Below are positions 58,390 through 64,000 of a DNA stretch of 64,000 bases, piece by piece. Source of the DNA: Thermoplasmata archaeon (lineage in GTDB: Archaea; Thermoplasmatota; Thermoplasmata; Lutacidiplasmatales; UBA184); contig JASHOK010000055.1 of assembly GCA_030041175.1 (NCBI GenBank), positions 4,171 to 68,170 on the forward strand, given 5' to 3'. How positions within the stretch are numbered: the stretch's first letter is position 1; the number at the start of each line of letters is the position of its first letter. Position numbers and translations under genes: made by a program. The notes below the pieces were generated by a model. It was not told where the DNA came from. It did not search any database and saw nothing but the letters and a program-made list of their open reading frames with translations.

Positions 58390-58685
58390 CGTCGTGCCCT
58401 CCGGGTGGGTCTACCGCTCGGTGCCGCCGACGCACGGTCAGAGGTTCCCGGGGTCGCCGTTGTCTCCGTCCGTGTGCGCAGGTCGAGGAGAATCGACAGG
58501 AAGATCGTCTCCGTGAGGTCCGGCGTGCCGCCGTACGTGGACTGCGGGATGTACCGGCGCACCGAGGTACGGAGGTCCTCGAGTGCCGCACGCTCCTGCG
58601 GCGTGGGCAGGAGCGCCGCGAACCGGTCCCACCGCTTCAGCCGTTCCTCGAGTGCCTGCCGGTAGGTGGGAGCGGTGCGGCCCAT
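58323..58685 (-). CDS. hypothetical small protein
   Basis: 120-aa ORF between the RadA-like gene and polB; its 3' end overlaps the polB start by 67 nt. No domain recognised. Confidence 0.35.
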   Translation of the reverse strand: MGRTAPTYRQALEERLKRWDRFAALLPTPQERAALEDLRTSVRRYIPQSTYGGTPDLTETIFLSILLDLRTRTETTATPGTSDRASAAPSGRPTRRARRWRKAGYSTSPTDATASRSSSG

Positions 58686-59515
58686 GGGTTCACCTCCTCG
58701 GTCGCGTCGGCGGGAGCGAACTCTTCCAGGCCCCGCTGACCGGGCGGCCGATACACCATCAGCAGCCGTCGACCCTCGCGGACCGACCCGAGCTCGACAC
58801 CGACTGGTCGGGGGATCAGACGGATTAGGTCGGAGAACCGGGGACCGGCCTCCGAGAGCCCCGGGAAGGCCACGAGTCCGCCCGCCACCGTCAGCAGCAG
58901 CGGAAGGCCGGTGCCCTCGACGAGGTCGGCGAGCCGTTCCGACACGTACCGCAGCAATGGCTCGCGTTCCTCGGGGGGAAGTTCTTCCGGATTGTCGAAC
59001 AGCGTCGGCAGTTCGTGCCCGATGAGTAGCGTCGGGCGGTGACGGCGGGCCTCGGCCGACCAGCCATCCACCAGGGCGACCAGTTGGTAGGCCGTGAATG
59101 CCCGGGCGAGGTGGATCCCGTCGAGGACCGGGTCGGGTTCGAGTCCCAGCGCCTGCCCCTGTTCGACGATGCGGTAGGGATTGAATCGGTTCGCACCCTC
59201 GACCAGCGAGATTCGGCCGTGGGCAAGCGCGTTCCCGGCGTACAGCAACTCCAGTAGCCGGTCGATGGCGTACGGGGCGCCGGTCCAGACTGTGGCCTCA
59301 CCGGGAGCAAACCGTCGTCCGAGCCAGCCGAACAACGCCGGCGCTTCGGGGAGCACCCGCCGGGCCGGGAGCCGGCGGCGGAACCGCACCGGCACCTGCG
59401 GTCGGGGCCCGGCCGGTCCGGCCGGGGCCGGCGTCGACCCCGGAGCCGGCACTAGGTCCGGGACCGCCCACTCCGAATGGCCCACGGCGAGCGTGGCCGC
59501 CACTCCTCGAGACAC
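58637..59515 (-). CDS. RecA/RadA-superfamily protein with a degenerate (deleted) Walker A P-loop
   Basis: GRISLVEGANRFNPYRIVEQGQALGLEPDPVLDGIHLARAFTAYQLVALVDG aligns with the RadA core block vYIDTEgtFrPeRi...gld...vLdNI.yARAy.s.hQ. Where GxxGSGKT is expected, the sequence reads TVWTGAPYA. Codon GC3 bias supports coding. Confidence 0.55.
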   Translation of the reverse strand: MSRGVAATLAVGHSEWAVPDLVPAPGSTPAPAGPAGPRPQVPVRFRRRLPARRVLPEAPALFGWLGRRFAPGEATVWTGAPYAIDRLLELLYAGNALAHGRISLVEGANRFNPYRIVEQGQALGLEPDPVLDGIHLARAFTAYQLVALVDGWSAEARRHRPTLLIGHELPTLFDNPEELPPEEREPLLRYVSERLADLVEGTGLPLLLTVAGGLVAFPGLSEAGPRFSDLIRLIPRPVGVELGSVREGRRLLMVYRPPGQRGLEEFAPADATEEVNPWAAPLPPTGRHSRNG

Positions 59516-59577
59516 GGATGAAACCTCGAGCGGAACGAGCGGTTTGGTCGCCTCTTAAGTCGCCCTTCGGGGGACTT

Positions 59578-59603
59578 GAAACGCCCCGTCACACCGGCGT
59601 TTC
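59578..59603 (-). terminator. 8-bp perfect inverted repeat GAAACGCC (10-nt loop) GGCGTTTC, 20 nt downstream of the ornithine cyclodeaminase-like gene stop and upstream of the RadA-like gene
   Basis: Read from the sequence. There is no T-run, so it could be either a weak terminator or a protein-binding site. Confidence 0.35.
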
Positions 59604-59623
59604 AACGGCACTTACGCGATCAA

Positions 59624-60562
59624 CTAGCTCCGACGGAGCAATTCGGCCGCGAGCAGTACCTCGGTACCAGCCAGACCCTCGGAGAGGAACAGGGTGCGTT
59701 CGGCCGGCGCGGTGCGTCCCGGTGTCCGCCCGGCAACAATGTCGGCGAGGTCGACGATCCGGTTCCACGCCGACGTGTTTTGGAGGAGGTTCGGCTCGTC
59801 GTACCCGGTGAGCTGCCGCGGAGAGTCCGTGGCGATGCGGTCGGCCTGCTCCGCTACCGCGGTGTCGATCTCGTGTGATGTCACGGTCTTGCTGCCCATC
59901 GTCGTCACGTGCGTGCCGGCCCGTACCCAGCTGGCGTCAAGGACCGGCTGGCCGCTCACGGTGGAGCAGATGACCACCGGCGACGACTCCACCACCTCGC
60001 GTGCCGTCGCGCACGCCTCTGCTTCCAGGCCGTACGCGTCCCGGGCCGCGCGTGCGAACTTCTCTCGGTGGGCCGGGGTCGGGCTGAACACGCGGAGCCG
60101 CTTCAGCGGCAGCACAGCTCGGGCCGCTTCGAGCTGGGCGCTCGCCTGCAGGCCGGAGCCGAGGAAACCGATCCGGTCGGCGTCGGGAAGGGCGAGGTAC
60201 TTGAGGGCCACACCACCGATCGCAGACGTCCGGAGAACACCGAGTCGAGTCCCGAGCACGGTACCTTGCAGGGTGCCCGTCCGGGAATCGAAGACCATCG
60301 TAGCCTGTGTCCGGTCGGGGTGCACACCTCCGTCCTCGCTCGCGCCGGGAAACGTGTTGTACACTCGGAAACCGACGACGGACGACTGGGCGGTGTCGCC
60401 TCCGACGGTGAAGACGAGGGCTCCGGTGGGGAATCGCACGTAGTGCCGTGGGGGTGCTTGCAGCCGGCCGTCGCTCTTCGCCTGGAAGGCCTCCTCCATG
60501 ACCCGGATCGCGTCGGGCATCGGCAAGAGACGGTCGACGTCCGCGTCGACCAATGTCTTCAT
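59624..60562 (-). CDS. ornithine cyclodeaminase / mu-crystallin family NAD(P)-dependent enzyme
   Basis: Rossmann motif IGFLGSGLQA and OCD-family pattern. Start taken at MKTLVD. Confidence 0.7.
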   Translation of the reverse strand: MKTLVDADVDRLLPMPDAIRVMEEAFQAKSDGRLQAPPRHYVRFPTGALVFTVGGDTAQSSVVGFRVYNTFPGASEDGGVHPDRTQATMVFDSRTGTLQGTVLGTRLGVLRTSAIGGVALKYLALPDADRIGFLGSGLQASAQLEAARAVLPLKRLRVFSPTPAHREKFARAARDAYGLEAEACATAREVVESSPVVICSTVSGQPVLDASWVRAGTHVTTMGSKTVTSHEIDTAVAEQADRIATDSPRQLTGYDEPNLLQNTSAWNRIVDLADIVAGRTPGRTAPAERTLFLSEGLAGTEVLLAAELLRRS

Positions 60563-60663
60563 CGCCTCCACGAACCGGGACAGCCGTGGCGGTCCTTCAC
60601 GGTTCCGGAGCCGGCTTGGAGCCGGTCGCATAGCCTATCCGATGTAGCCTTCTCCCGGCTTCA

Positions 60664-61338
60664 ATGACCGGCTCTGCTCCCCCGGACTCCGGAAGTCTCG
60701 CCCGGCGCGATCGGACAGCCCTTACCTTCACCGTGGTCGGGACCGTAGCCTACGCGGCTCTGGACGTACTCGCCCAATCGCTTCCGCCGCACTACAGCCC
60801 GATCTCGCAGGCGGAAAGCGACCTGGCCGTCGGACCCTACGGCTACGTGATGACGATCAACTTCGTCCTTCGGGGCCTGATGGGCCTCGCCTTCCTGCTG
60901 GGGCTTGCGGGTACGACCCGGCTCGTCCGCGAAGCCCGTGTGGGGACGGCCCTGGTCGCGGTCTGGGGCGTCGGCGCGCTCCTCCTCGCCGCGTTCCCGA
61001 CGGATGTTGGCCCGCCGCTGACGGTACACGGGGCAATTCACATCGTGGTCGCCTTCCTCGCCTTCGCGGGCGGGTCGATCGGAGAGCTGCTGCTCTCGCT
61101 CCACTTTCGGGAGGAGGCTCGCTTGCGCGGCTGGGCGACCGGGGCCACCGCGGTTTCTGTTCTTGCGATCGTGATGATGCTCGTCTACTTCACCGGCGAC
61201 AAGATCCACCGGGTCGCCCCGTTCTCGGGCCTCCTCGAGCGCGTGTTCATCGGACTCGTGCTGCTCTGGATGCTCGTCACCGCGATCCAGCTCCTCCGGT
61301 CGGGCCGCGTTGCCCGCTCTTCGGCCGCGGCCGGGTGA
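60664..61338 (+). CDS. DUF998-like integral membrane protein
   Basis: Six hydrophobic segments; 224 aa. Confidence 0.5.
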   Translation: MTGSAPPDSGSLARRDRTALTFTVVGTVAYAALDVLAQSLPPHYSPISQAESDLAVGPYGYVMTINFVLRGLMGLAFLLGLAGTTRLVREARVGTALVAVWGVGALLLAAFPTDVGPPLTVHGAIHIVVAFLAFAGGSIGELLLSLHFREEARLRGWATGATAVSVLAIVMMLVYFTGDKIHRVAPFSGLLERVFIGLVLLWMLVTAIQLLRSGRVARSSAAAG

Positions 61339-62116
61339 GTCTGGCGTGGAGATACTCGGGCTGGACTGGATTGGAACCCGTACCCCACGCTTCCCGGAGA
61401 CCGTCGCATTCTTTGGGCGCAACCTGGGATTACCGATTGGGCTCGAGCGGGACGACTTCGTCCGGTTCGACTTACCCGACTTCTCGGCGGTCGAAGTGTT
61501 CGGCCCGGGCGACCGGGATCACGGCTACTTCACCACGGGTCCCGTTGTCGGCTTCCTCGTGCCGGACGCCCAGGGGGCCCGGGACGAGCTGAAGGCCGCG
61601 GGACTGGAGTTGCTGGGGCCACTCTCGGGCGAGGCCTCCGGTGTCCGATGGCAACACTTCCGGGCTCCGGACGGGTACGTCTACGAAGTCGTCCAGCACC
61701 CGAGGCGCCCGGGCCCCCGGGGCGGCGTCGGTCCCCTGGGCATCACTCACATTGCCTGGTTCGGAACCCGAAGCCCCCAGTACGCAGCGATGCAGGCGTT
61801 CTTCGGGAAGACCCTGAGCCTCCGGCTCGTCGAAGAGCTCCCCGGGCTCACCGAGTACGCTCTACCGGACGGATCGTCGGCGGAGGTCTTCCGGCCGGGC
61901 TCCTCGCTCGATCATCCGCACTTCTCGACGGGACCGGCCCCGGCGTTCGGCGTCACGGACATCGAAGTGGCGATGCGGGCTCTCGAGGCCCAGGGCATCG
62001 GGCTGATCGTGAGCAAGGTGCGGGATACGGGCGGCTGGGCCCACTTCCGGGCCCCGGACGGCAACGTGTACGAGGTGAAGGGCCCCCGACAGGGCGCGGG
62101 CGCCCCCTCCGCGTGA
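61310..62116 (+). CDS. VOC-family (glyoxalase/bleomycin-resistance/dioxygenase) protein with tandem domains
   Basis: Two beta-alpha-beta-beta-beta modules (LDWIGTRTP...VEVF; ITHIAWFGTRSP...AEVF). The start could be the GTG at 61346, just after the upstream stop. Confidence 0.65.
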   Translation: MPALRPRPGESGVEILGLDWIGTRTPRFPETVAFFGRNLGLPIGLERDDFVRFDLPDFSAVEVFGPGDRDHGYFTTGPVVGFLVPDAQGARDELKAAGLELLGPLSGEASGVRWQHFRAPDGYVYEVVQHPRRPGPRGGVGPLGITHIAWFGTRSPQYAAMQAFFGKTLSLRLVEELPGLTEYALPDGSSAEVFRPGSSLDHPHFSTGPAPAFGVTDIEVAMRALEAQGIGLIVSKVRDTGGWAHFRAPDGNVYEVKGPRQGAGAPSA

Positions 62117-62120
62117 CCGT

Positions 62121-62927
62121 TCACTCGAACGAGATGTCGGAGCGCAGATACGCCCGCGTGGCGAGGGCCAGGATGACCACCGCTTCGACGGTGAGGATCA
62201 GCAGTTCGTAGCCATCCATCGCTGTGAGAGAACCGGTGTAGCCGCCGCGCACCGCGTTCGCGACGTAGGTCAGCGGATTCACCCAGAACATCGCGCGGAG
62301 CACGAACGGCAGGCTGTTGCTCAGCGGGTAGAACACCGTGCTCGCGAAATTGACGACGAAGAGGACCAGGATCTGGATGCTGTTGTACGTCGTGTTCGAC
62401 TTGACCAACGCACCGAGGAGGAGCATCAGCCCGCCGAAGAACAGCGAGCCGAGCACGATGGTCCCGAACATCACGGCCAGCGAGAAGGGCAGGGTCGGGA
62501 TCGACCCCAGCAGCCCGAGGGCGACGACGAGCATCACGGCCGCACCGCCCAGTCCGAACAGCACGGAGGCGAGGATGATGCCGAGGAGATACTGGAACCG
62601 GGTGAAGGGGCCGGACAGCAGCTGGGAGAGCATGCCGTATCGTCGGTCCGCCCAAAGCATGCTCCCGCCGACCGTGCCTGCGAGAAGCACCTGGAACGAC
62701 ATGATACCGGGCGCGAGGAACGCCAGGTAGGCGTGACTCTGGCCGTCCGCCGATGCCAACGATCCGAATCCGAAGCCGAAGAAGATGAGGTACATCCCGG
62801 GGAGACCGACGAGGATCACGAGGCTCCCCGGGTCGGTGTTCACCCGGATGTTCCGGTAGATCAGCCGGAAGAGGTTAGGCAGTGCCACGCAAGCCCTCCG
62901 AATGCCCGACCGATTGGAGGAAGACAT
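62121..62927 (-). CDS. ABC-2 family transporter permease
   Basis: Six TM segments. Co-directional and overlapping with the upstream ATPase gene. Confidence 0.75.
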   Translation of the reverse strand: MSSSNRSGIRRACVALPNLFRLIYRNIRVNTDPGSLVILVGLPGMYLIFFGFGFGSLASADGQSHAYLAFLAPGIMSFQVLLAGTVGGSMLWADRRYGMLSQLLSGPFTRFQYLLGIILASVLFGLGGAAVMLVVALGLLGSIPTLPFSLAVMFGTIVLGSLFFGGLMLLLGALVKSNTTYNSIQILVLFVVNFASTVFYPLSNSLPFVLRAMFWVNPLTYVANAVRGGYTGSLTAMDGYELLILTVEAVVILALATRAYLRSDISFE

Positions 62928-63876
62928 CCTCCAGCGTGTTCCCCCGGACGTTCAGCCACTCGAGCTGGACCCCGAACGACTGGGAAAGGTGCGCGATCTC
63001 GGACAGAACCCCCTTGGTCTCGTCGCTCAGGATGACGCCCTCGTTCCCCCGCACGGTGACGGTCGCCCGGGACGCCAGCCGGTTCCCGAGCTCCCGGAAG
63101 AAGCCGGGAACATCAGCGCCGGAGACGGTGAGGTCCACGGTCTTCTTGCCGCCGTAGAGCCGCTTCAGATTCTCGACGGAGTCGAGCAGCAGGATCTTGC
63201 CCTCGTCAATGACAGCGACCCGGTCGCACAGGTAGTCGGCCTCCTCGAGGTTGTGCGTCGTAAAGACCACCGTGAGACCGCGCTGCGCCTCCGACCGGAT
63301 GGAATCCAGGAGCGTGTGGCGCATGATGACGTCGAGACCCACGGTCGGCTCGTCGAGAAAGAGGACGTCCATGTCGTGCATGAACTCCCGAGCGACCTGG
63401 ACGCGGCGCTTCTGTCCGCCCGAGAGGTCGAAGGCTCGGCGTTTCCGGACGTCGTCCAGGCCGAAGCGTTGGAGCAGTTGCTCCCGGCGCTTCACGCGCT
63501 CCGCCTTGGGCAAGCCCCACAGCACGCCGTAGATGTCCAGGTTTCCCTGGACCGTCGAGAAATCGAAGGACTCTCCCTGCTGCACCACGCCTACACGGTT
63601 CCGGATCCTCTGCCCGTCTCGGGCCGGGTCCATGCCGAGGATCCGGAGGGTCCCCGACGTCGTCTGGATCAGGGTCGTCATCGCCTTGATGAGGGTCGAC
63701 TTGCCGGCCCCGTTGCGGCCGAGCAAGCCGAAGATCTCCCCTCGGCGCACCGAGAAATTCACTCCATTCAACGCGAAGTGTTTCCCGTCGTAGGTGTGCC
63801 GCAGATCCTGAGCGAAGATCACCGGCTCCGGGCCCCCGGGGGACCGAGGAGACGACGGAGGATCGGGCAGCGCCAT
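62875..63876 (-). CDS. ABC transporter ATP-binding protein
   Basis: Walker A GRNGAGKSTL, signature LSGGQKRR, Walker B LFLDEPTVGLD. Confidence 0.9.
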   Translation of the reverse strand: MALPDPPSSPRSPGGPEPVIFAQDLRHTYDGKHFALNGVNFSVRRGEIFGLLGRNGAGKSTLIKAMTTLIQTTSGTLRILGMDPARDGQRIRNRVGVVQQGESFDFSTVQGNLDIYGVLWGLPKAERVKRREQLLQRFGLDDVRKRRAFDLSGGQKRRVQVAREFMHDMDVLFLDEPTVGLDVIMRHTLLDSIRSEAQRGLTVVFTTHNLEEADYLCDRVAVIDEGKILLLDSVENLKRLYGGKKTVDLTVSGADVPGFFRELGNRLASRATVTVRGNEGVILSDETKGVLSEIAHLSQSFGVQLEWLNVRGNTLEDVFLQSVGHSEGLRGTA

Positions 63877-64000
63877 GGGGGCCGGGTGTCTCCCGCCCCC
63901 GCAAAAGGTTTCGGGAGCGGCAGGGCCCCCCGGACGGTCTACCGAGCGACCGGGGACGAAGGCCCGGTCGGCAGCGATCAGGGGACCAGCTTACCCGCAG

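Noticed and set aside
58637-59515. Possibility that the RadA-like ORF is itself an antisense artefact
   Set aside because: Considered, because several neighbouring frames have ORFs. Retained as a gene because no competing plus-strand ORF exceeds 125 aa, third-position GC bias fits coding, and the translation aligns with the RadA core over about 150 aa.
1-64000. CRISPR arrays, transposases, integrases, prophage or IS elements
   Set aside because: Scanned for regular direct repeats and for DDE or tyrosine/serine recombinase motifs; none seen. The only tandem-repeat-like signal is the protein-level HEAT repeat in 54510-55997.

Overview
This 64-kb window is a gene-dense, high-GC (about 68-70%) archaeal chromosome segment. 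Several markers place it in Archaea. An Sm-like protein gene sits beside rpl37e. An S15 (uS15) gene is followed by a DHH/DHHA1 RecJ-like nuclease gene. Archaeosine synthase, a euryarchaeal-type TrpRS, a single-OB-fold SSB and TATA-driven leaderless starts are also present. The gyrase, formate-THF ligase and non-acidic proteins suggest a euryarchaeal or Thermoplasmatota-like, non-halophilic organism.

Gene content, in order:
- a PadR regulator and a daunorubicin-type ABC exporter;
- an HTH_10 regulator divergent from a UbiD-UbiA pair;
- ArcS, with a tRNA-Val(TAC) gene overlapping its 3' end;
- hydrolases, a SAM methyltransferase, a HIT protein and aconitase;
- a PAS histidine kinase and response regulator pair;
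- formate-THF ligase;
- a complete phosphate and polyphosphate island: AbrB-PhoU regulator, pstSCAB, phoU, an inserted alpha-class DNA methyltransferase, a CHAD protein, Ppx/GppA and two tandem divergent Tmk-like kinases;
- carAB, the SSB, TrpRS, the S15-RecJ-like-GyrA string and FolP;
- a long minus-strand gene string carrying a B-family DNA polymerase with a divergent motif C next to a RadA/RecA-like protein with a deleted P-loop, together with HEAT-repeat, GNAT, GT-B-like, M29 aminopeptidase and 3-methyladenine glycosylase genes.

I saw no CRISPR array, transposase or integrase. Because of the high GC, many long antisense shadow ORFs appear in the six-frame track, and I discounted them.
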